Shown here: positions 33,540 to 44,515 of the stretch, one piece after another
Layout of the letters: the number at the start of each line of letters is the position of its first letter
How positions within the stretch are numbered: position 1 is the stretch's first letter
DNA from: Octopus sinensis
Taxonomy: Eukaryota
Length of the DNA: 64,000 bases
NCBI RefSeq assembly: GCF_006345805.1
Contig: NC_043026.1
Span: 9,610,001-9,674,000, forward strand
Reading direction: 5' to 3'
Position numbers and translations under genes: made by a program
The notes under the pieces: model-generated
What the model was told of the DNA's origin: nothing
Seen by the model: the letters and a program-made list of their open reading frames with translations, nothing else
The model's database searches: none

Positions 33540-34570
33540 CGGCAGATTTTTAAAATAATTCCTTTGCAACTAAACACTTTTAAACTTCGTATACTGGTAG
33601 AATGTGTTACATAAAACATCTTTTTCTCTTGGCTTTATTGAGAAAATTCTATAGTTTGTAAGATATGGATCTTTTCGGTTTGAGCGGCAGTTTTTAACAT
33701 AATTTCTAGGTAACTAAAAAATGTTAAACTTCGTATATTGGTAGAATGTGTTTATAAAACATCTTTTTCTCTTGGCTTTATTGAGAAAATTCTATAGTTT
33801 GTAAGATATGGATCTTTTCGGTTTGAGCGGCAGTTTTTAACATAATTTCTAGGTAACTAAAAAATGTTAAACTTCGTAAATTGGTAGAATGTGTTTATAA
33901 AACATCTTTTTCTCTTGGCTTTATTGAGAAAATTCTAGAGTTTGTAAGATATGGATCTTTTCGCTTTGAACGGCAGTTTTTAACATAATTTCTAGATAAC
34001 TAAAAAATGTTAAACTTCGTATACTGGTAGAATGTGTTACATAAAACATCTTTTTCTCTTGGCTTTATTGAGAAAATTCTAGAGTTTGTAAGATATGGAT
34101 CTTTTCGCTTTGAACGGCAGTTTTTAACATAATTTCTAGGTAACTAAACACTTTTAAACTTGCATACTGGTAAAAAAAATATTAAAAAAGGAAGTTTAAT
34201 ATTTTTTTAGTGTAGATGTGTTACATAAAACATCTTTTTCTCTTGGCTTTATTGAGAAAATTCTAGAGTTTGTAAGATATGGATCTTTTCGCTTTGAACG
34301 GCAGTTTTTAACATAATTTCTAGGTAACTAAACACTTTTAAACTTTGCATACTGGTAGAATGTGTTACATAAAACATCTTTTTCTCTTGGCTTTATTGAG
34401 AAAATTCTAGAGTTTGTAAGATATGGATCTTTTCGCTTTGAACGGCAGTTTTTAACATAATTTCTAGGTAACTAAACACTTTTAAACTTTGCATACTGGT
34501 AGAATGTGTTACATAAAACATCTTTTTCTCTTGGCTTTATTGAGAAAATTCTAGAGTTTGTAAGATATTT
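33540..34570. repeat. ~143-bp AT-rich tandem repeat, ~7 units
   Basis: AATGTGTT anchor at 33601, 33745, 33888, 34031; unit contains GAGAAAATTCTA and ATGGATCTTTTCG. Confidence 0.9.
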
Positions 34571-35689
34571 GTTGTTTACTTTCTTGCATTTCGGCAATTT
34601 CAACCAATCAATGACGTCTATTGAGGTGAATACAATTTCTGCTGTAGTTTGTCAACAACAACTTCCTGAGGTCTCGAAAGTTTCCTTTAAAAAATATCCA
34701 TTTTTCTGCAAGTTATGAGGAAACAAAGTCTGTGGGGTATATATCTGTAGTTATGCCGAATTTGCTTCCTCACAACATTCGCAAAATTAAATATTTTTTA
34801 ATGAAATTTTCTACAAATATTCTTCAGATGGTTTAGATTCCGATTAAATCGGAATTCATTGTGAAAACCGTTTGTCCCTGGGTGGGAAAAGCAGTTTTAG
34901 AAAATTCACAAGATTTGCCTTTGTTATGAAAGAAAAAAAGTTTTTTCCCATAAATCCCCATAGAATCGGAATCTACACCATCTGAAGCATATTTGTAGGA
35001 AATTCCATGAAAAATATCCATTTCTCTGCAAGTTCTTAGGGAAGAAGCTTATACATCATAAAGGAACAATTATACACATGTATATTTATATATACCTACA
35101 TATACACACATGTCTTTGCTATGTTTTTTAAACACATAAAACTCATAGATGTATACTTTTATAATATTTTACACTTAAACCGCCACAGGACAATATTTTT
35201 AGAGTTGCTTCTTAAAGTGTCCTTCACTTTTTTTATGAAAAAAGATACAAATTTCAGAGTATTTGGCTGTTATTTCTAGCATAATGTTAGGCCATCTACA
35301 GGACAATATTTGACATGGATGCTTTGAAAATTGTCCTTCGATTTTTTTTTGTGATGAAACAAAAATGTGAAGGTTTAGGTGGCTCTTTCTAGCCTGAAAT
35401 GAGACCATATACAGGCCAATTTTATTTATAAAAGGTTCTTATCCGTCCTTCAAAATTTATATGAAAAATAAAGTGGTTTCTATTTCTAGCATGAAAAATG
35501 ACCAGCTATGGGAAAGCTTTTACTGAATGCTTCTTAAAGTGTCCTTCTCTTTTGTATGAACCCCCAACAACAACAACAACAACCCTACGAGGACGAAAGG
35601 CAATGTTTGTGCGTGTGTGCAGTTGGAATGTGACTGCAACAACAACAACAACAACAACAATCTATTCTTATTAAACGTTAAAAACTGTC

Positions 35690-35865
35690 AGATGCAGACT
35701 GCACACACGCACACACAACGCTGATGACGACGACGATGATGATGATGATGGAGGCGGCGGTGGTGATGATGAAGATGATGATGATGATGGTGGTGTGGTG
35801 GTGGTGGTGATGAAGGAGGCGGCGGTGGAAGTTGTCGTCTGCTGTTGTTGTTGTTGTTGGTCGTC
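35690..35865. repeat. Compound trinucleotide microsatellite (GAT/GGT/GTT)
   Basis: Direct inspection. Confidence 0.9.
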
Positions 35866-36059
35866 TGCCTTTTAATGGAGCATCAATGATTATGAAAGTC
35901 TCTGGTTTCGGACCAGACATTCCTATACGTACATGCATGCGTATATATATAATAATAATATATATATATATATATATATACACACAAACGTGCATATTTA
36001 AACATTACATAAACACACACACACACACACACATTCATATATATATATATATAATATAT

Positions 36060-36111
<52 letters not shown>

Positions 36112-36122
<11 letters not shown>

Positions 36123-36308
36123 GTGTATATACACATTTTCGTAAAACTGCAAAATTATCCCAGAACCGTTACACATATTTTTTTTACTTGTTTTCAGTGA
36201 TTTGAATGCGGCCATGCTGGAGCACCTCATTATGTGGGCTCAAAAGTGGGCTCATAATTTTGTTTATAGCCTTATTTCTATACATATATTCGTAAATATG
36301 TGTGTATG

Positions 36309-36377
<69 letters not shown>

Positions 36378-36611
36378 TATATATATATATATATATATAC
36401 CCACACACACACGTGTATATACACATTTTCGTAAAACTGCAAAATTATCCCAGAACCGTTACACATTATTTTTTTACTTGTTTTCAGTGATTTGAATGCG
36501 GCCATGCTGGAGCACCTCATTATGTGGGCTCAAAAGTGGGCTCATAATTTTGTTTATAGCCTTATTTCTATACATATATTCGTAAATATGTGTGTATGTA
36601 TGTATATATAT

Positions 36612-36643
<32 letters not shown>

Positions 36644-36670
36644 ATATATATATATATATATACTGTATAT
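36112..36670. repeat. ~290-bp near-identical tandem duplication bounded by (TA)n
   Basis: CACGTGTATATACACATTTTCGTAAAACTGC...CATATATTCGTAAATATG twice. Confidence 0.9.
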
Positions 36671-36818
36671 AAATATACACACACACACACAAAGAAAATG
36701 TGTTACAATCCTGATTGTTGGTGTGTAGAATGCAATGCATGCGATGCAGGTTCGATTCCTGGGTGAACCCATTTACAATAATAATATTAAGATCGAAGTT
36801 TAATATTTCTGGAAATAT

Positions 36819-39800
36819 TTATTTGTCAAAATAAAAGAAAGCAAAAGATTGACGTCCAGGAATAATTCCAAAAACCATCAAAGAATTGTCTGAAACATCC
36901 AAACCAAGAACTTCAAAGACTTCATTATCATCCTCACTGAGGAGTAAATATTTTGGATTATCTTCAGATATCAGGATTTCATTATCTTCAGATGTTTCCT
37001 CTTCAATATGTCGAGGTATTTCGTAAATATTGTTCTTTAAATCTGTTATATAAACACATTCACCAATTATGGTCAGACGAGGTCTTGGAATATAATATTC
37101 CAGACCATAAAACATTCCTCCTATTCTTATCCTCCTCACCAAAGACTTTTCCCTGAACCATTCCACAAAACACAAAGCTTCGCATTGTCCAAAATCCTCC
37201 TTCTTCATCTCCCTCCCCAAAACAACAACATCACCAAAAGATGTGACTCCCACACCATCCACACCATCATCTCCCTCAAACCTTCCCCATCTCCTCATCT
37301 CCCCACGATACACTTCATCTTTACATTTCCCATCTTTGATATCAACCACATCCACATAATAAGGGTCTAAGATGTCAAGGTCTTTGCAAAAATAGTAATA
37401 CTTGTTGTTTCTCCATATTCTTTGGTATTTCTTGTGTCTCTCTTCTTGAGTTATGTCTCTAATATCATGACCACCACACACGAGTTGATTGTAGTTGTAT
37501 TTATAAATCCTGTTGTAGTATTTCTCAGTTCTGATGGTTTTTAAACGACAGAGATCCCCGTTGAAGACCTTCATTTCTCTCCCAAAGGCGACAATGAAAC
37601 ATTCCTCTGTCCACTGACATATGTCCAGTGGTGGTCGTTGTTGTTGTTCATATTGAAGTATGTCCACTGTTGTTGTTGTTGTTCTGATTAATGTGACACT
37701 TTCTCGAAACATCAACACACTCACATTCTCACCTAACTTTATTAGTTTACTGTTCCAATCCCTAATGTCCCCACAATCATAATCAACAAGTTCCTCAAAT
37801 GCAGGAATGGAAAAAGGGACCATTGCTGTCCTATATGGAAGTCTCCTCACTGATATTTCATCAGTTCCTGAATTATTAATCTCCGCTATGTAATTACTAC
37901 ATCTCACCTTTAATCTACCTTTACCAATTATTTCACCGGATTTACCTCTTCTTTTTCCTCCTCTATCTCCATCTCCTCCTCTGTATTCCAATTTATTAAT
38001 TAATTCATTACTGAATATTTCCTTGTTCGTTTCAGATGTAATGGAAGGGAAACGAAGACCAGAATCAAGATTTAATAACGACACAGATTCCAGAATGTTC
38101 ACTTGGTCCCCATCAATCTTTATGCAATGACATTCAATCAATTCAATATGTACACACCAGTAAATACCCCCCACTTTTCTCCATATTACACCATAAGGGA
38201 TGAGACTCGACCAAACTTGAGATGTCTGCAAATCTTCTCCATTCAGTTGAAATATTTCTTTCCTTTTAGGAACCGTGGCCATTATGTGTGATTCTTGTGT
38301 AAAACACACACCACCAACTAAACTTGCAACATTTCTGTGACATAGCAACTGGCCATCTTCATCGAATATTTTAACATTTCCATTATTGGCTTTTTCACAC
38401 ACAACTGTCTTTCCTTCCTCAGAGACATCAAAATCTTTTACTTGAACAAGACATTCGTCTGTTTGTAAACGAGCAACCGGGAAGCTGTCTCGATTCACCA
38501 TAAACAACCCTTCAACATACGATTCATTCTCTCTCCTCGTGGGGCTTCCAATAAACCTTGGTCCTTTACAGTCTATACTGGAGAAATCTACGTCATCTTT
38601 ATAAATTCTTTTATTTAAAAATATTCTCTTGTATTCCCCATTCTGGGTCAAACAAAAAATGTTTCGATATCCAGATAAACCAAAATATTTCTCCCAATGA
38701 CAAAAAATGTACAAAAAACTGTCATCAATTGTCATCCTGTCATCAACACCCCTAAAAAAATAATCATACAGCATATAGTGTCTGACTGAATGTAAATATT
38801 GACCACCACTGTTGAAGAAAATGATGAATCTCCAGTTGAAGACAATGATGACATTTTCATCTGTAACTTTAATATCCAGGATTCTATCAGAATAATTTCC
38901 ATCTTCTTTTCTCATTCTTAATGGTTCAGGTATGTATATTTGTTTTATTTCCTCCACACTCGAATGTATTTCATCAATATCAACAAAATACAAATGAACT
39001 CCATCTCTCCAATCACTAAAAACCAGTTGATTGTTTGATAAAGAAGCCACACAACCATAATAATTTCTCGTTTGGTAAATTACCAACGACAATGGAAACT
39101 CCACTTTTAATGTCAACAGTTGGAGTTTATTATAAAAATTCCTATTCATAATGACCAGTGTGTTTGACTGCCATCGACACATTTTAATATAAGGATTAAC
39201 ATTCGCTTTGATCGAATCCAAAAGCTGACCATCCAATGTGAATATCTTAATGTTTTTATTCTTCTCGTCACATCCTGCAATCAGATTATTTTCAGTAAGA
39301 ACCAAATGATTAATCCTCGCTGGTCCTTTGTCTCCCAAATGTTTAGGGACAGGAATATGTCTGGCTTTATCAGAAACTGTCAGGTCCTGTAGATATAAAG
39401 TGGAAGACAACATTTCACTGACAGAAATGTTTCTGGAAAATACATCCACCAGGTCGATGTAATAATTAAGTTGATTATTAGTAACGAGATCATTAACCAC
39501 CAAATTATGATCAGTTATAGCAAACATACGGCTTCCGTCTATCAGATAGACAAACGTTTGGTCAATAGATCCACCTTGGAGACTGAGGGGACGTTTCACT
39601 TGGGACATTAAAACACTGGGGACCATTTGACGACCGCCATGACCACCACCACCTATTGTAGTGTTGTACTGAAAAACTTTTTCCTTAGTAACAATTAATA
39701 GCTTTTCTGTTTTCTTGTCTATTGATAATGATTTCACAAAAACAGGGATATTAATTGTCTTAATTACTTCAACTTGATTATAATAAATGATGGCTAAAAT

Positions 39801-42218
39801 GTTTAAATGTGATGGTTTATCACAATAACAAACAATTTCACCTTCACCCATCTTACACACCTGGACATAAGGCTGCCTTAATGACACACTTCTCACTGTC
39901 TTTGACAGGTTTCCGATGACTCTTAATTGTTTCTGTAGGGGTAATGTGACACCTATATGATTAGAATCCCATCGACATATATCTGTGGCTGTAGATGGCA
40001 GAGATAATCTGGACACAATGTCTCCTTCCTGAGAAATGTATAACAAGCAATCATGGTTGATGTCGGACACCACTAGCTGTCCATTGGACAGATTACATAT
40101 TTCGCCAATGACAAGTTTTTGGTCATTTTCCTTTTCTTTGAGTCGTAGATTTAGATTTCTGATATAAGGATTTTTCATGTGTAAACAACAGCCAGACGAC
40201 TGGTCATGATTCTTGTAAAGAAGAACCCTGTTGAGTTGAGTGTCCGGGACATAAAGTGTTCCTTGGAAAACAGCAATGTGAGGGTGAACAGGGAAAGGCA
40301 GTTCCCACTGCCATTTCATTTCTCCATATAGATTGTAACATCTGAGAATAGATTGTCTCCTGAAGAGGACATAGAAATAAACATTATCAGAGTAGATGTG
40401 ATGAGGGTAGCCATATAATGGAAGGTGTTTTTGAAAAAGTTCTTCACCACATGTGGAATAAAATACCATTTTATTTTCGCTTCCATCTACGACTACAAAA
40501 TTAATTGGAGTTGCAGCAATGCTGACATTATAATGTCCCAGAGAAATTCTTTCTATAATGTCAACTTTATCATCCTTCATCAAGAGGATATGGACCTCGT
40601 GTTTGTTTCCATTTGTGGTTAGAGTTAAACACTTATTTGATACAACATGACATAGTTTAATGTAATCAGTATGGACTTTCATTAAAGGGCCTTTCATTAG
40701 CCCAGGGTATGTGATACACTGAAATTCTTTGTTTTCACGGTAAAACACCAGAAATCCTTTAGAATTCATTCTACAAAAGCAAGAAGGAATCTCAAGGAAA
40801 GTTGAATTATTTTGGTTAATTATTTCTCCAGTCTCAGTGAATAATATAGCTTTATTATTCCTGTAGAATATTAATATAGAAGATGTAGACATAGGTAGAA
40901 TATTAGTCATGTTGTAGCAATCCTCAATATAAATATAGTTGTTCAATGTTGGGGTCCATAGCTGGGGGTTATATGACTGCCTGGGCCAAAAGTCTTCATT
41001 TGTTCCAATGATATGAAGGACATCAAAATAATCGGTTACAAAAATGTTTTTTTTGCCAACAGAAATATGGCGGCATTTCATGCCAATTTCTCTTGTTGTC
41101 ACAGCACCCGTACCTGAAATCCGATAAATAATAGGTCCCTGGAGGACATAAAAATGGTTTTGGTACACAGTGATGTGGCTTGGAATGTCCAGGGAATTGG
41201 TATCCACCTCAAATAACTGCTGGCCATCTACATTGTAACAGGTAACCCTGTTAATACTGGGAAAGGATACTAAGAGTTTATTTTGTGCTCCTACAGCAAT
41301 ATCTGTTGGTGTTTCTTTGGTTATGAATTTGTATTTTATTCTATTCTCTTCCCAGTCAATGATGTATATGGTCCGACCAAACATTTCTACACCTATAAGC
41401 GTAGAATGTTCCAAATAAGAAACTAAGATTAATCCTAGCTGAATTCTTTTGATTTTAAAACTTAATGGGTTGATAATAAGAATCATTTTTTTGAAGGGGA
41501 GGGTGGCCAGGACTGTATCTTCACTGATTCTGGTAAAATCAGTAACAGAAGATGAGCAATGAACTTCATTTCTGTTGCCGTCTCTTGTTACACAACATAT
41601 TGTCATACAGTGGCGGGAATATGTTACAATACCCCCTTGTATGACAACAATATTGGATATTGGGTTGCTTAAGTCTTCACCAGATTCCTTGATCTTTGCT
41701 TCTCTGGTCACAACTGGTCGAAGAGGCCGAAATTTTGTGGTTACTTTTGGTGGTTCAATGGTCTTGTGGTTGTATGGGTTACAAGTGACATAAATGTCAA
41801 AGAGTCTTTGTTGAAACCAATCAAGGTTTTGGTGAACAAAATCATTATTTGGTTTTGCAGATTCCAGAAATCTTGGCATTTTACGTTTGACATTATTTAA
41901 AATTCGAGATCCATTTAAACCCAGAGAGTCCATGTGATTACATTTATCCTTTACATAATCTATAAATGTATTGATGTGGTCTGTTTTGATTAGTGTTCGG
42001 TAACATGTCACAATATGAAGGAAACTTGGTAACATGGACTTTTCCTGTTCCTCAGATTTCTTTGTGTCTTTTCTTTCCTGTTCTTCTGTTTTCTTTGTGT
42101 TTTGTGTATGTAATATTTGGGGAAGAATTGGTGTAGTTTCCTTATAAATTGGTGTTGTATCACAGACTGTGGCAGGAACGAGAGCCAACATTTTGTTTTC
42201 TTCATTAATCTTCTCCAT
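36819..42218 (-). CDS. 1799-aa intronless protein: short N-terminal region plus six tandem NHL-like beta-propeller modules
   Basis: 5400-bp uninterrupted ORF in very AT-rich DNA; AAAATGG start with in-frame stop at 42234-42236; acceptor TTGTATTTCAG (exon starts 42335); AATAAA overlaps the stop; recurring blade motifs about every 235-290 aa (DICRWDSNHIGVTLP, DICQWTEECFIVAF, GVCFTQESHIMATVP, DFTRISEDTVLATLP). Confidence 0.9.
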   Translation of the reverse strand: MEKINEENKMLALVPATVCDTTPIYKETTPILPQILHTQNTKKTEEQERKDTKKSEEQEKSMLPSFLHIVTCYRTLIKTDHINTFIDYVKDKCNHMDSLGLNGSRILNNVKRKMPRFLESAKPNNDFVHQNLDWFQQRLFDIYVTCNPYNHKTIEPPKVTTKFRPLRPVVTREAKIKESGEDLSNPISNIVVIQGGIVTYSRHCMTICCVTRDGNRNEVHCSSSVTDFTRISEDTVLATLPFKKMILIINPLSFKIKRIQLGLILVSYLEHSTLIGVEMFGRTIYIIDWEENRIKYKFITKETPTDIAVGAQNKLLVSFPSINRVTCYNVDGQQLFEVDTNSLDIPSHITVYQNHFYVLQGPIIYRISGTGAVTTREIGMKCRHISVGKKNIFVTDYFDVLHIIGTNEDFWPRQSYNPQLWTPTLNNYIYIEDCYNMTNILPMSTSSILIFYRNNKAILFTETGEIINQNNSTFLEIPSCFCRMNSKGFLVFYRENKEFQCITYPGLMKGPLMKVHTDYIKLCHVVSNKCLTLTTNGNKHEVHILLMKDDKVDIIERISLGHYNVSIAATPINFVVVDGSENKMVFYSTCGEELFQKHLPLYGYPHHIYSDNVYFYVLFRRQSILRCYNLYGEMKWQWELPFPVHPHIAVFQGTLYVPDTQLNRVLLYKNHDQSSGCCLHMKNPYIRNLNLRLKEKENDQKLVIGEICNLSNGQLVVSDINHDCLLYISQEGDIVSRLSLPSTATDICRWDSNHIGVTLPLQKQLRVIGNLSKTVRSVSLRQPYVQVCKMGEGEIVCYCDKPSHLNILAIIYYNQVEVIKTINIPVFVKSLSIDKKTEKLLIVTKEKVFQYNTTIGGGGHGGRQMVPSVLMSQVKRPLSLQGGSIDQTFVYLIDGSRMFAITDHNLVVNDLVTNNQLNYYIDLVDVFSRNISVSEMLSSTLYLQDLTVSDKARHIPVPKHLGDKGPARINHLVLTENNLIAGCDEKNKNIKIFTLDGQLLDSIKANVNPYIKMCRWQSNTLVIMNRNFYNKLQLLTLKVEFPLSLVIYQTRNYYGCVASLSNNQLVFSDWRDGVHLYFVDIDEIHSSVEEIKQIYIPEPLRMRKEDGNYSDRILDIKVTDENVIIVFNWRFIIFFNSGGQYLHSVRHYMLYDYFFRGVDDRMTIDDSFLYIFCHWEKYFGLSGYRNIFCLTQNGEYKRIFLNKRIYKDDVDFSSIDCKGPRFIGSPTRRENESYVEGLFMVNRDSFPVARLQTDECLVQVKDFDVSEEGKTVVCEKANNGNVKIFDEDGQLLCHRNVASLVGGVCFTQESHIMATVPKRKEIFQLNGEDLQTSQVWSSLIPYGVIWRKVGGIYWCVHIELIECHCIKIDGDQVNILESVSLLNLDSGLRFPSITSETNKEIFSNELINKLEYRGGDGDRGGKRRGKSGEIIGKGRLKVRCSNYIAEINNSGTDEISVRRLPYRTAMVPFSIPAFEELVDYDCGDIRDWNSKLIKLGENVSVLMFRESVTLIRTTTTTVDILQYEQQQRPPLDICQWTEECFIVAFGREMKVFNGDLCRLKTIRTEKYYNRIYKYNYNQLVCGGHDIRDITQEERHKKYQRIWRNNKYYYFCKDLDILDPYYVDVVDIKDGKCKDEVYRGEMRRWGRFEGDDGVDGVGVTSFGDVVVLGREMKKEDFGQCEALCFVEWFREKSLVRRIRIGGMFYGLEYYIPRPRLTIIGECVYITDLKNNIYEIPRHIEEETSEDNEILISEDNPKYLLLSEDDNEVFEVLGLDVSDNSLMVFGIIPGRQSFAFFYFDK

Positions 42219-42850
42219 TTTATGAATATAGAATTATTATCTTTTTCTGTTAAATATATTCTTTTCTGTGGATTTTTTTTTCTTCCTTTCGAATACAATT
42301 TATCTCTTCAAAATTCACTAATTTTTACATGAAAGCTGAAATACAATGAAAACTTTATTAGTTTTGTGAAAAGCTTTTAATAAAATAGTATTTACTTGAT
42401 TCATTCAAACAATTTCAAGGAAAACAGACATTTCATTAAATATATTTAGTAAATTGTTTAATTGACAGTGAAGTTAAACATTTAAACTGTTTTCAATGGA
42501 ATAATCATTAGAAATAAAACTTGAAGATATAAATACACCATTATCTTTATTGACTGAATATAAGTGATGGTGAAAAGTTTTGGAGTAAGAAGGAATATAA
42601 ATATTTTGTTGAGGTTATTTCTACAGATATTATCGGTAGAAATTATAGCCAGGACTGATTTCCTGCTACAACATTTCATATCGAAATGTCAGACGGAAAC
42701 AAACAATGAGATCAAAGAGAAAAACATCTGTTGTTTGTTTACATCTGACATCTCGATAGGAAACGTTTTAGCAAAAAATCAGAGCCAACTATAATTTCTA
42801 TGGAATATCAATAGAATAATGTGAAAAACACTGCTAACAATGTAGAATGT

Positions 42851-42967
42851 GAAATCTTAAGAACAGGAAAAGTCCATGTTACCAAGTTTTCTTCATATTG
42901 TGACATGTTACTGAACACTAATCAAAACAGACCACATCAATACGTTTATAGATTATGTAAAGGATAA
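42851..42967 (+). pseudogene. Inverted 117-bp duplicate of codons ~53-92 of the 1799-aa ORF
   Basis: Reverse complement of 41944-42060 with 5 mismatches, two creating stops (GAG>TAA, CGA>TGA). Confidence 0.9.
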
Positions 42968-43009
42968 GAAAAACCTACACAAAGAGTGTGATCAATGACT
43001 GAGCGGCTA

Positions 43010-43358
43010 ACCGGCTTCCGTGCCAGTGGCACTCGAAAGGCACCATTTCATTGTGATCATTACCAGCGTCGCCTTACTGGCACTCAAGCCCCATGCTAGT
43101 AGGGTATTAAGAGCACCATCCAAGCATGATTGTTGCCAGAGCAGCTATGTGGCACCTGTGCCGGTGGCACATAAACAACACCATTTGAGCATGATCGTTA
43201 CCAGCATTGCCTTACCGGCACTTGTGCCGGTGGCATGTGTAAAAGAGTCATTGCCAGTACTGCCTGACTGGCCCCGTGCTGGTGACACGTAAAAGCACCC
43301 ACTACACTCTCAGAGTGGTTGGCATTAGGAAGGGCATCCAGCTGTAGACACTCTGCCA
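43010..43358 (+). mobile_element. SINE family D (GTGCCGGTGGCACGTAAAAGCACC type), diverged
   Basis: GGTTGGCATTAGGAAGGGCATCCAGCTGTAG core; sister copies at 47870-48226, 49355-49620, 51790-52050 and 53335-53860. Confidence 0.75.
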
Positions 43359-43399
43359 GATCAACTTTTTTTGGTAATATTTTGAAGATAATAATAACC

Positions 43400-43659
43400 C
43401 TTTCTACTATAGGCACAAGGCCTGAAATTTTGGGCGTTGGGGGTTAATTGATTACATCACCCCCTAGCCCCTAACTGGTTCTTGTTTTATCAATCCCAAA
43501 AGGACAAGGGGCAAAATCAACCTTGGCGGAATTTGAACTCAAAACGTAAACTTGGAAGAAATGATGCAAAGTATTTTGTCTGGCATTTTGTAACAATTCT
43601 GCTTGTTCGTCACATTAATAATGATGATGATGATGATGATGATGATAATGATGAATAAC

Positions 43660-43696
<37 letters not shown>

Positions 43697-44228
43697 TTAG
43701 CAGCAGCAGCAGCAAAAACAACAACAGCAATTTCTTTTATTTTTTTTAATATGATAAAAATGATTTCAAGTTTTGGCACAAGGCCAGCAAGTTCAAGGAA
43801 GGGGCCAGTCTATTACACTGACCCCAGTACTCAACTAGTACTTAATTAATCGATCCGAAAAGGATGAGAGGCTAAGTCAACCTTGGTGGAATTTGAACTC
43901 AAAATGTAAAGATGGACAAAATGCCGCTCAACATTTTGCTTTGCATCCTCACAATTCTGCCAGCTCATCACAGTAGTAATAATAATAATAATAATAATAA
44001 ATAATAATAATGATAATGATAATAATAAATAAATAATAATAATAAATAATAATAAATAATAATAATACTTTCTTACTATAGGCACAAGGCCTGAAATTTG
44101 GGGTGAGGGGACTAGTAAATTACATTGCCTCAATTGCATAACTGGAACTTATTGAATCGACCCCAAAAGGATGAAAGGCAAAGTTGACCTTGGTGGAATT
44201 TGAACTCAGAATGTAGTGCAGATGAGTC

Positions 44229-44262
<34 letters not shown>

Positions 44263-44515
44263 TAATAATGATAATAGTAATAGTAATAATAATAATAGTA
44301 ATAATAATGGCTTCAAATTTTAACAGAAGGCCAGCAAGTTCTGGAGAGCAGGTAAATTGATTACATCGACCCCAGAACTCAAAAGGTACTTATTTTATTG
44401 ACCCCGAAAGAAGGAGGGTTGATGTCAGCAAAATTTGAACTCACAACGTAAAGGCAAACAAATAGCTGCCTAGCATTTTGCCCGGCATGCTAACGATTCT
44501 GCCAGCTCACCACCC
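43400..44515 (-). mobile_element. Cluster of old SINE B-related copies separated by (AAT)n
   Basis: Four diverged AGGCACAAGGCC...GGCGGAATTTGAACTCA units. Confidence 0.7.

Noticed and set aside
35678-36772. YIYIYI-rich and poly-His/Ile ORFs
   Set aside because: Microsatellite artefacts; the 290-bp duplication bounded by (TA)n may be slippage or misassembly
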